From assembly GCA_001687465.1 (NCBI GenBank), contig LVLI01000217.1, positions 124,001 to 150,052 on the forward strand: DNA of 26,052 bases. The letters run 5' to 3'. Made by a program: the position numbers and the translations under genes. The DNA is from Halocafeteria seosinensis (Eukaryota). Of the stretch, positions 11,301 to 22,513 are shown one piece after another. The notes under the pieces are model-generated. The model was not told the origin of the DNA. It ran no database searches and saw nothing but the letters and a program-made list of their open reading frames with translations. Each line of letters starts with the position of its first letter. The stretch's first letter is position 1.

Positions 11301-12155
11301 AGAACCAAGAGAGAACGAAATTGCCAACATGAAACAGCAGATTAAAGAAGTTGACGCCGAATTAGAATCGTTCCACCAATCTAACGCTGAGCTAGATGAG
11401 GCCATTGGTGACATCCGAAAACAGATTGATCAGCTTCATGAGGATACCTCAAAGAAAAAGTAAGTTCAAAAGTGGGGGCATTGCGATCTACCCGAAAACT
11501 TCAACGTATTTACACGTTGCAGGATCCAACTAACTAAAGTAAATGGGATCATAAAACGGTTTCATACGGAACTCTATAAAGTTTCGCATTCAATCCTAGA
11601 ACCTGAAGGTTCGTTTCATTGTCACTTATGAATTGTTCAATGGCGTAGGATAATTTGGTTGCTGCAGATCTCCGTGAGAATTTCTTGAGATTGTACGAAG
11701 AATTCGTTCCTAAGGGGAAGACGCTGCAAGGTGCCGACCAGAGCATCGTGGAAGAATATGAGAAGCAAAAGCAGTACCTTGAATCAACGGTGAACGAAAT
11801 GCAGAAGCGTGTAAATGAGAACTCCGACGCTGCTCGGAAAGAGAATTTTAGTCTCATGCAGGAAAACATGCAGTTGATAAATGAATTGTCATCTTTGCGA
11901 AAACAAGCTCAAGAGTTAGAGACCGAAAAGAAAAACCGCCGGATGCGGAGGCCCCATCCGCCGTCGCGTGGAAAGCAGCGTCCGGGAACTGGCGAATCCA
12001 AGGGTAGTGAATTAGATATGACGGTGGAAGAAGCGTCGAAGACCATTTCACAGCAAAAGGAATTTATTGGAAATCTCAGGGCGGAAGTGAAAAGGCTTGA
12101 GGAAGCGCTCGTACAGCAAAGGCCTTATGAACGAGAAAAACCTCAAAAAGCGTAA
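8341..12155 (+). CDS. CFAP57: Cilia- and flagella-associated protein 57 (WDR65/FAP57). Exons 8341-8363, 8439-11459, 11523-11608, 11668-12155
   Basis: Starts MASTLIQRHVFG, continues with WD40 repeats (IRKPIVVTSGSDNTIRVWNY, HPSGLHILAGFTDKLRYMNVLLDD), then a long coiled coil with the hallmark EKRIYELKKKNQELEKFKFVLDYKIRELKRQIEPRE. Introns of 75, 63 and 59 nt. Confidence 0.95.
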
Positions 12156-12205
12156 ATCTTATTCAAACAAAATCCAACATTTTACACTCTTGCAAAACTG
12201 TGCAT

Positions 12206-14495
12206 TTATTCTTCCGAATCCACCTTTTTTCGCTTTGCTTGAAGCCTTTGGACATAATTTGCAGAGCGTCGAACGGATCGCTGGACGACATCGTACTGTC
12301 TACGTTTCTTCGAAGAGAGCATAGATGCAGCTAATTCCCGCTTTTCATTCTCACTGGTACTGCCCATAGCAGCTGCTCCTCGCTTTTTCCCGACAAGCGC
12401 GTCGTCGCCAAGAAGTTGACCTTTTTGAACGAATTCATTAGGCGCGCGACCAAGCTTGCCAAGGGAAGTTCGAACACGCTCATTGCCTTTCTGGTCTATG
12501 GACTCACTGTTTTTCTTAGAATCGTCTACGTTGGAATGGTCCTCTTCCGCTTCGTCAGTACTGTGACGTGGGTCCGCAGGAGGCTGAGAATTACCTTCAT
12601 CACCTAGTGCTCCCGAGTCCGAAGCGTTGACCGTTTCTTGTGCCTCTTCCTGGGAAATGACACCAGAAGCAGCGCGCAGCGTATCTAGTTCTCGTCTGTA
12701 AGCAGGCACATATCCTTCAGATGCATCATCAACGAACGGTGACAGGTGTGGCTGTGGTAAATACAATCAACACATCCCGCCTTACGCTACGAAACAGATT
12801 GCTTGCAAGTTGTTTGCTGCACTTACCGGTAGAAATGCGCCAGGGGCGTAGCGATGAATCGGTAGGCACATCTGCGCATTTACGCTATCTGCTACCCATT
12901 GAGGTTGTATGTACTCTCGTCCCTCGTGTTTGTTCCTCTGACCACGCGTATACCCAAGCAGATAGTTACTATTTTGCACAGATTATCATCCATAGTGGCG
13001 AGCACACTTACAATCGTGGGTCTATCAGTCACCTGATGGGTAATGGAAGGATCATCGACCTCTATGGGGCTTCCAGGGCCATCCCATCCTACTTTTCCTC
13101 CAAACGATCGAATGATGAATTCGAGCGCTTCAACGGGGGTCTCCCGACCTAAGAAGAAAGTTAAACCTCTGAAGAGCTTTTGTAGCTTCTTCGTTCTCTG
13201 TCTTTCTTTTCGGGCATCTCTGAGCGCAATCGCCTCTGAGTCGGCATTCTCCTCCTCACCTTCAATCTCCTCTTCCGAATCGGATTCCGCTGAAACATTT
13301 GCTTCTTCACTTTCTTCTTCCTTGTTCTGTTCATGTCCTTGATGTTTCACGATTTGTTTGACTTTTGAATCTATTTGTTGCTGTTTCGGGTTGCTTCCAT
13401 CATCCCCTGTATGAGAGCCAGAAGCTTCTTCCGTACTCGAATGTGTAGTATCCTGTCTCTGGAGTTTTACAGCGCTCAAGTGCCCTCCCTGGGCGTCCTT
13501 TTCGTCATCCAAAGCCGGGGGGTATTTCAGATTCATATCGTTGTACAATTTGAACATGACAAATTTCATTAAAACCTGGTAGAACTCTAAAAACGTTTGC
13601 ATTATCCGGTAGTCGACGTCCTCAGGGATCTCCTGGGTGAACTTGTACGGCACAAGCCAGGTTATTTTCACCCCATGGACTTCGACTTGGTAATAAACTC
13701 CTTTCAAGCTGAAGAATACTTTCCTCAAACTTTTACTCTTCGCCACATAAGCCTCCCATTCCTTACAAAGTCTCTGGGCTAAGGTAGTGTGTTCAGCCTT
13801 GATCCTGCCTCCAATAGCAGGAAGAGCAGCGAATAAGTTCATTAATGTGAGGGCATCATCAAGATCTCCAAGGGCATCTTGAAAATTTGGATATCTTTCG
13901 CGGACTAGGTGGTCCAGATTGTATGTGGGACGTATACTGTAGAGCCTTCTAGCCTCATCCACTTGGTCCTTTCCAGCGGCGCGTCTCACTTTCTTCATAA
14001 ACGCCTGGAAGCGGATAGAGTGAGGTTACAATATGAGAAAGAAATCAACAACAACAAACGCCAATTCTCACTCACTTTAAGCTCTCGAAACTTGTCAAGC
14101 AATGGTTCATGCATGAGGTACTGGATGTCTTTGATGTGATAGTACGTCTGATTTCGTCCAGCAGGCTGAAAGCACCACAGAGGGTTAGAAACGTTGTGTG
14201 CGCCAATGAATAAACAAACAGAGTAAGATGAAACACCCTTCGGTGTACATACCTTGACTTTTGGATCTCTGGGGTATATTCCCTTGAGGATGCATAATCG
14301 CCTGAAGTCCTTGAGAGGGATCTGGAGTTTCTTAATCGCACGCGTTCGTGTCATGTACGACGTCGCGGTCCCTGCATGACCCTTCTTCTGCTCTTTTCCA
14401 AAACGAGATAATTTGCGCTTGGATGTCAGTTTTGCAGTGGATTTCACCGATTTCGGCTTGGCTTTGCCGCGATGGGCGAATTTCGCCTTCGGCAT
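12206..14495 (-). CDS. PES1: Pescadillo / Nop7 ribosome biogenesis factor. Exons 14495-14253, 14165-14076, 14004-13012, 12937-12827, 12751-12206
   Basis: Pescadillo N-domain ([72 protein letters not shown]) and BRCT domain ([45 protein letters not shown]). Introns of 87, 71, 74 and 75 nt. Confidence 0.96.
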
Positions 14496-15363
14496 TTTCT
14501 TATTGCCCCTGAGAGGAAGACAACCAACAAATCAACGCACACGGATTGGATCAGTACATTCACCCCTTGTCAGATGAACTACGAAAAAGCACGCTGGAAG
14601 GCCGGATACAACCAAAGTCGACCATTTACGTGCAAGTACTGAATCCAGTGGTGTCAGTTCCTCAGCGTCACGTTGAAGTTGAAGTTCGAGCTGTACAGTG
14701 TCTACTCTTTTCTTGTGCGTCTATGATTCTAAGCTGTCTGGGGCAAAGGAGCATTGGTAGGAAGTTGCGTAGGTGATTGCATTAAGTAGTACCCGATGCA
14801 GTGTATGAGGGGACGCGTAGCCTCGGATAACATGCACTTACTATAGTTGAAGTTGAATACACACTGAGCTTCGTGGCAATTGCATCAAAACGACTACCTC
14901 GACCCTCAAGGGGTACAATGGCAATGAGACATTTTCATATACTGTGCATCCCACGGGAATGACGGTTCGTGCCGTGAGTCGTTGGATGTGGGTTTTCATA
15001 GAAGGTATTGTTGAAGTACCGTCGCGCACGTTCGGGCAGAACACAGGGGTCCCGTGAAGTACATGGTATACAAGTTGACGAACGGCAGTTTGCTACTTAT
15101 TCCAACAGTGCATAGTGTGTCAAATATCGTGGATTGGTCCAACTTTATTTGCATGTCTTTTAGCTAACCTATTGACGACTGTGTCTGGCTGCGAAACAAC
15201 GTGACGAGTGGCGCTGACAACGAAGGGTTCTGCGGTCGTACGGTCATACACGTGTTCGCTTGTCAGCGACGCCCCTTTGGGCTTGCTACCACTCCAGTGA
15301 ATCAGTTCGGCTTAATGTCTTGTTGTTAAATTTTGAGTTCCTGTACGCGAGAACAGAGAGAAA

Positions 15364-18300
15364 ATGGCTGAAACCAAGGAGGATCATGCTGACGGAGATG
15401 TTGAAGCCCGTACGGAGACCAGGACGATGTGGGATGACTTCGAACGAGAACGAGCAAGGGACGGGCAACATAATGCCCACATGCTGGTCATCTTTATGAC
15501 TCTGGGGTGGATCTTCCACGGCCTCTACGTGTTGATTATTCTCTCACAAGACCAAGGAACGGATGAACTCGTTCCCTACCTACTTTTCTTCAAAGCAGCC
15601 ATGCTTGTGGACGCCATCGTTTGCGCAGTATTTACCGGTTTGAAGCGTTTTGACATTATGTATGGTAGCGTTCTTGCCGCGGGTGCAACCATCTTTTCTA
15701 TTTGCCAGTTCATGGAGTACACTGTTGTGGACATAATCGTCCGCGAGAGAAACATAACTGGAGTTTCAGAGAGGCTACATGAAGTGGCTCCCGTCTTAGC
15801 TTCTGGCACATTAGGGTCTCATCAAACACTTTTCTTGGTCGTCATCTTAACGGTGATTCGGTATCTGATAAGGAGACAAAAGCATTTGGCGATCACACTT
15901 CTTAGTATATTCGCTGCGTGGGTTCTGAACCTTATCGTCCAGTCTGTTGTGTTCGCTGAAAATCGAGTTTCCTACAGAGAGGTGACCACCGAAGACGAAG
16001 TGAGACCCATGGTAGCAATCATGATGACCGTTGCGGTTAGTCTGTTGCTTGGATACTACCGAACGAAGCAAGAGTGGTCTGTGTTTGTGCAGCGTAGGCG
16101 GCTTCAGATAGCTGGGATTCGCGCTGAAGAACTCCTCTCTCTTGCTATGCCGAGAGATATCGCCCATGAGCAAATGCTGGGAACTACGACAACAAGAGAC
16201 TCTAAAAATGCCAGCGTCGCCTTTATTTACATTTCTGACTATAATAAGTTAGTCCATTCGGCGAGTAAGTTTCTCGGTGTGTACTATGTCCAAGGACATG
16301 CTTTAGCCAATCTAGCTACTGTACTATGCAGCCCAAGCCGATGATCTTATGAACTTCATGGAGGACTTGAACGAACTGATTCGTCGGTTGGATGACTTGG
16401 TTCTGACTCACGCGAAGGTTTACAAAATCGGTATGAAATATTGCTCAGAAATGCGGGCAATTGGTGAACATCCCTTCATTTGGTTGTATAATTTCAGAGA
16501 GCGTTGGAAACTGTTACATGGTGTCGAGTGGGATCACTCAGGTGAGTTGGTATACGGGAACGTATTATATTCAAACGAAGACCGCAGAAGAATTCCGAAA
16601 ATATTGGTGTACAGGAGGATCCTTTGCATGGTCAACACTTGCTTTCATTTTGTGTAGAAGCCATGAAAATATGTAATAACTTTAGGAAGGAGATCAGTAG
16701 AGACACAACCAAGGCTAAAATGGCTGGACAACAAAACCACTGCTATATGAAAAGCCAGTGGCGCTTTCAAATGGGGATTCATAACGGCAGCCTATCTAGG
16801 TAGGTGAAATGCTAACTCAAGCTATATGCCCACAACTCAACACTCTTTACTGGTTATGTAACGCAGTGGTATTATCGGACAAACCCGTACTTTCTTCAGA
16901 CTATTCGGGGATACCGTGAATACTGCATCCCGCATCGCCTCCAAAGCTTCGCCCTGGATGATATTCCTTAGTGAGACATTTTACAAGGAACTTGATCGCC
17001 CTCCATTGGACTCGCCAATTTTTGTTGGGAGCAAGTCAGCGTCATGTCGAATGTCATACCTTGGGCACATATACATGAAGGGTAAAGGCGAAGTGTCGTG
17101 CTACGGTGTCGTTCTTCGGGAGAAGGATTTTACATCAAGAACACCCCCGCGCGTGGGTACCTCGGGAATAGACCACTCGGTCGACTCTCTCACTCTTCCA
17201 CCTGCTCATGGACGAGACTCTATCGACGATGAAAGTAGTGCTACAGAAGATAGCGAGAGCCCGGATTCGGTCACAGTACTTGCACAGGCGATTTCGTCTA
17301 AAGATTCTTCTGGGTTCAAGAAGACCCAGCAAATAATTGTGGATTCTTCCGATTTGCTTCGTACTCTTCTGTCAGATGCATTGAAGTCCTATAAGTTTAA
17401 GAAAGATACTGTGAGCAGCGGTCAGGAGTCCCATTATGTGGAGAAAGTAGAGTGCCTGTATTTGAGCAGGTATTTTCCGTCGCTATATGAAAGCCGGTAC
17501 GGTAACCAAGCGAGTGCAGAAGCACGGCGTAAAGCAGATTCCCCGAAACTGGAGAGAAAGCCAGCGTTCTTTGGCAGACGGGAAGACGTCAATAAGGTTA
17601 ATCTGTTTCGGTCAGCTCGCCTTTTCCCTGGATGCTCTATCATGGCTCCAAAAACTTGGTTCAAATGGCTGAGCATGGAGTTTGATGACGCTGCTTTAGA
17701 AAACTTATATCAGGAGCGCCTCTACGGCTTCCTTTATGATGTTAGTCGCCTGAGCAATGTTGCTTCCAATGCCTTTGTGATTCTGGCTGTCATCGGATAC
17801 ACCAACGGTCTCGAGGAGAACCCTGGTTTGTCTATGGTTTTCGGGGCTTTGACAGTGGTCGTCACTGTTGTGAGCCACGTGATGCTTAAGCGCTTCGCAT
17901 GGATTGAGTATCACGACAATGACTTTGAAGCCGAAAACATCGAAGAACGACGCCAGCATCGAATTGAGGAGCTGACGGAGGAACTTTCGGAGGACGCGGA
18001 CTCAGTAAAGACGCCCGAGATAGCCTCACCACCCGCGTCAGAAGAAAATGGTTGTGATAATGTAGCGTACAAGGATGCAAACGTATCCACTTGTCGTTCT
18101 ATCTTGGCCTCACTGATATCGCTACGCGATGACTTCACCGCCTGGGTAAGCTTCATGAGTGTGCTAGTAATGGGAATTATTACAGGGCTGGATCAACTGA
18201 CACTATCGGAATTCCTGACTGAGCGAAGCGATGAAGAACTGTGCTTGTCCTCGTTTGTGGCTCCCGTCGTTGTTTTGTCAATGTGTCAAATATTTTACAG

Positions 18301-19201
18301 TGGCGTCAGGACACAAGCAACGTCCCAGTTTCTTTCCGCGGCTCTCTTTTTCTTCATTCACCTTGGGAGCGGTGGAATTACGTCATGCGAGCCCGGCCTC
18401 TTAATACTCGGGTACTTCTTCATAGTTTGTATTCTTATTGTAGGGGTCGTTGATACCATAAACGCCGATGTTACTATGAGGAAGTCTTCCGTCCTCAAAC
18501 TGGCATCAGGCATTGCCAAGCGCCAATCGGACCGAGTTTTGTCCTTACTTTTCCCTCACTCTGTGATGCGGCAGCTGCTAAATAACGAGTACGTCGCTTT
18601 TCAGTACCATCAAGGAGAGGTTGTTATCCTTTGGGCTGACCTCGTCGGCTTTACTGCTCTGTCTTCTTCCAAGACTTCCGCAGAGATGGCCAGGCTGCTA
18701 CATACAATGTATGCAAAGTTTGATGAACTAGTAGAGCAGGAAAATCTGTGGAAGATGGATACAATTGGAGACGCATATGTAGTTGTAGGTGGGTTGTCAG
18801 AAGAGCACCGCGCTATGAATGTGGTCGAGAAGCAATTCAGAGTAGCTGGGAGGATGGTTTGTTTGATTAGACAGTTTGCACGGGATACTAGTTTCGACGT
18901 TGCTGTTCGCATTGGTATCCATTCTGGGCCGGTTGCTTCAGGTATTGTGGGTACTCTCCGTCCTCGCTACCACATCTTTGGTACTACTGTATTAGACGCG
19001 GAGCATATGGAACAAACCAGTGCCCGCAACCGGGTCCAGGTGTCAACACACACGGCGGAATTGTATAACAGTTTTCACTTCGGATTAGCGCCGAACACGC
19101 CTCCCGATACTCCTGCTCCGTCACCGTCGTCAACAGGTGATGATACTGCTGTAAATTCCTACTGGCTACAGCTTCCAGTATGCCCCGAAGAGGTTTTGTG
19201 A
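15364..19201 (+). CDS. Membrane class III nucleotidyl cyclase with two TM blocks and two catalytic domains; probably a guanylyl cyclase. Exons 15364-16264, 16332-16430, 16498-16541, 16615-16799, 16867-19201
   Basis: Architecture is about 6 TM, C1 (YKIESVGNCYM..MGIHNG..GIIG..RLFGDTVNTASR), about 6 TM, then C2 (ILWADLVGFT..WKMDTIGDAYVVVGG..VRIGIHSGPVASGIVG..RYHIFG). Four introns of 67, 67, 73 and 67 nt restore the frame. Confidence 0.9.
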
Positions 19202-19890
19202 TCATGTTAATGTTGTTTGTACTACTAGTGCGTATGACTAGTGCATTATACAGTAATACCCGCGGTGTCCATGTATGTGGTATGCTTTGTCGGAGAATGA
19301 ACAACCCACCTCATGTCCTGGGAAGGAGTGTTCCAGCAACATCATCTACTCACGTAGTTTGACTATACTCATACAACCAACAGTACCCCCGTTTACCGTG
19401 TCAACCTGGTACTCAAAATACAATCACATTCAAGCATCGTTGTTCAGCAGGTTCAGCTGGGTCATCGCGTATTACTCTACCAACTTTCAGAAAAACAGCT
19501 CCAATAGGACCATTCTCGCCTAGCACGTACGTGGTAGCAAGTCGTACAGTTTTTCATTCTCCAAGAATGTATCCAAAGCTGTGGTGCGAGTGCCCACCAG
19601 TTCGGGGGAGGCGCGTGTCAAGTTTGATCTGGACTCCGGAGTCGCTGCGACGAAAACAAAGTTGTTGAAATGCATGTACACACACCCACACACGAGACAT
19701 CCATGAGAGTATTGGTACCAGGGCGATCTACTCATCGGAGATTAGTTTGTGTGTTATTGTTCAGATATCACTGGTTTTATTATACAAGCGAGGGATTCGT
19801 TAAGAACGTCAGCATCCCTCCCCTCCTACGCATGGTTTTACAGAGAGCCTCTGTGCTCTTTTTTCTTCTTCTTGTGCGGCTCACACAAAC

Positions 19891-21177
19891 ATGTCCATCT
19901 CATTGACGGACTTTAGTTGGGTTAATGAGATTGCATCCGACGATGCGATCCAACAGCTCTCGTGGGGAGAGACACCTACGCTACAGGGACCATGGGACCA
20001 AGACAAGCTTTACGCATGGTACAATTACCTGATGGATGATCGGGTATACGTTGATGATTTAGACGCGAAGCGCTTCATCGCGTTTGACAAGTGGAAAAAC
20101 GACGTGCTCTTGCCCCAGTTCGCCGTGGAAATGCTACCGCATTTCTTTGCTTCCTGGGCTCGAAACTTGATAGCCGCAACTCTACTGTACCATGGAGTGG
20201 GGCTTATTTGGTCGTTGTGGATGTGAGTGCTCTTGCAGTTTTGAGGCATTGAATTCTCTTCATTGCATATGCTGCTTCTGTTTGCTTTGGTACAGCTATG
20301 TGCTTAATGGAAAGAAGTACTTCCCGAAAAACGACATCCCAACACTCAGCACAATCTGGCAGCAGATGAAGGTATCTCAGCTAGCCATCCTCTGGTACAC
20401 GTTTCTCCCCGCTGTGGATGAATGGTTTGTGGAGCGAGGATTCGGAATGGCCTACTACAGTGTGCCTGAATTTGGATGGTGGAGATATCTGGCGTTTACT
20501 GCTGTTTATTTAGTGTGGGTTGAGTTTGGTATCTACTGGGTGCATCGATTATTGCACGAGATCAAGTGGGCTTACCGATGGCTCCATCATGACCACCACA
20601 TTTACAACACCAAAGATACCCTAAGTCCATTTGGTAAGACAGATATATCGGCGTTCTTCGGCTTAACGACATTGGCATGTGTCTGGCAACCATTTTCTTG
20701 CAGCGGGGTTGGCGTTCCATCCGTTAGATGGAATTTTACAGGCCTCACCGTATGTTGTAGGGATATTCTTTATTCCCTGCAATTTCTTGACACACCAATT
20801 AATGCTATTCTTCACGGCCGTAAGTGCTTGTGTTAATGGTTCAATTGCGTGGTCGTTGGTACATACACCACACTTGCTTATCGTGCCAGATTTGGACTGC
20901 GAACATCCACGACTGTATCCAAACTAATCTGGAGCCAATCATGGGTGCATCTTACCACACCTACCATCATCTTTATTACAACTGCAATTGTAAGTACTAG
21001 AGTGCACGAGCTGTCTAGACTTCCCCAGTCAACGGGTTTCCTATGCTGTGATGCGCAGATGGTCAATTTTTCATTTTCTGGGACTGGTTTTATGGGACGC
21101 TACGTGTACCGTACGGGAGCAGTTGGTACGAATTCGATGGACCACAGAATAAAGGCAAGCGGAAGAAAGAACTGTAA
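19891..21177 (+). CDS. ERG3: Delta7-sterol C5(6)-desaturase (ERG3/SC5D/DWF7 family). Exons 19891-20222, 20296-20633, 20704-20819, 20890-20989, 21059-21177
   Basis: His boxes [14 protein letters not shown] and YHTYHH; motifs [29 protein letters not shown] and [17 protein letters not shown]-terminal KKEL di-lysine ER-retrieval signal. Introns of 73, 70, 70 and 69 nt. Confidence 0.93.
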
Positions 21178-21357
21178 TGTATGACCGAGAGCCTCGGCTC
21201 TTTCGTACAGCCGTAGCTTTTCCCTTGGCCCCAAGAGTTGGCGCAGTCAGGAGCACGATCATTCGATAACTCAATAACACTTGTTTCGAGATGCTTCATC
21301 CACGTTTACCATATTGTACTTGTCTTCCGAGTTTCATAGTGTTGTTGTCACGATTCG

Positions 21358-22263
21358 TTAGGATCGCGGTTCACGTCTTCCCCGCCATGAAGGCATTCCA
21401 TTGCCCTGCGGGGAACTATGGCTTGGTTCAGCCCTTCCTCGCCATGATGAAGAAGGCTGACCTTTACTGCTATTCTTACTTTGTGTCCCTTCTCCCGAGC
21501 GACTCAATTTGTTGCTAGAGTTTTCGTATCTAGCTTCACTGGGCGGTGAGCGACTCCGTTTCCTCTTTTCAGAGGGTTTATCGTGGCCCCTGTGCCGATG
21601 CTTTTTATCTTTGTCGCTACTACGTTTTCTGGACTTTTCGCGTTTATGTTTCTTCTTTTTCTTGGAGCCTTTTGTCTTAGATTCTGATTCGTCGGTGGCA
21701 TGCTGGTCTTGCTCGGCTCCTTTTCCTATTGCGTCATAGTCTCTACTGTACTCGTCGTCTTCGTCTGCTTTGCCAAAAACATCCACACCTTTCGTGATAT
21801 CATATTCATTTGCGAGTTCTTTATCTTTATAAGCATGCCCAGCAACGTGTTCGACGGGCATTTCCTCCTGCTGTTGCTGCTCTGTTTTGCCTTTCTTTTT
21901 TGGTTTGGGTGGTTTATACTCCTTTTTGTGATCCACATTGATGGTCCTTCCCAGAATCTCTACACCGTTCATGTTATCCACAGCTAAAATAGTGCTCCTC
22001 CAGTCTTCATATTTGACGAATGCAAAGCCCATGCTCTTTCCTGTCTCTTCATTCCGGACCAAATGAATGTCTTCGATCTCTCCGAACTGGGAGAAAATGC
22101 ATATCACATCCCCTTCTGTCAGCTTATAGGGCAGTCCTCCAACATATACCCACGCGCAGCCTTTATATGTCCAATGCCACGACTCCTTTAACGAGAAATT
22201 ACGGTCTAACTCGCGTTGATTGAGGCGCTTCACCTCCTGCACTTGCCTCATACGACTCGCCAT
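21358..22263 (-). CDS. RBMX2: RES-complex RRM protein RBMX2 (Snu17/Ist3)
   Basis: Single exon with LNQREL..SWHWTYKGCAWVYVGGLPYKLTEGDVICIFSQFGEI..GKSMGFAFVKYEDWRSTILAVDNMNG..GRTINVDH and a K/R/S-rich tail. Confidence 0.95.
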   Translation of the reverse strand: MASRMRQVQEVKRLNQRELDRNFSLKESWHWTYKGCAWVYVGGLPYKLTEGDVICIFSQFGEIEDIHLVRNEETGKSMGFAFVKYEDWRSTILAVDNMNGVEILGRTINVDHKKEYKPPKPKKKGKTEQQQQEEMPVEHVAGHAYKDKELANEYDITKGVDVFGKADEDDEYSRDYDAIGKGAEQDQHATDESESKTKGSKKKKKHKREKSRKRSSDKDKKHRHRGHDKPSEKRKRSRSPPSEARYENSSNKLSRSGEGTQSKNSSKGQPSSSWRGRAEPSHSSPQGNGMPSWRGRREPRS

Positions 22264-22513
22264 TCTCTTTATCTAATCACCAGACCCCTGCGCGCATACA
22301 CGCACTGAAGCAGCCAATTGAACCATCTATTCACTGATAGTCTAGTATTCAAGGTACAATATACAGACCTAACAACAGACAATGCCTCCAACTTCAACTT
22401 GATGCGCTGAGTCTCGAGCAGATTTTCGTGCATACCACAGACACAGAGAGGTTTGGAGGCCCGTATTTATTCAAAGTGCACTGTGTATCTGTCATAGAGG
22501 TATCGTTGTTACC

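Noticed and set aside
14946..14989. SECIS, SRP RNA or riboswitch in the PES1-cyclase intergenic region
   Set aside because: There is no apical AA or proper quartet, no upstream selenoprotein ORF on that strand, and no SRP or TPP consensus motif.
19397..19456. Selenoprotein reading of the TGA-rich cryptic exon
   Set aside because: No recognisable selenoprotein family motif and no SECIS downstream.
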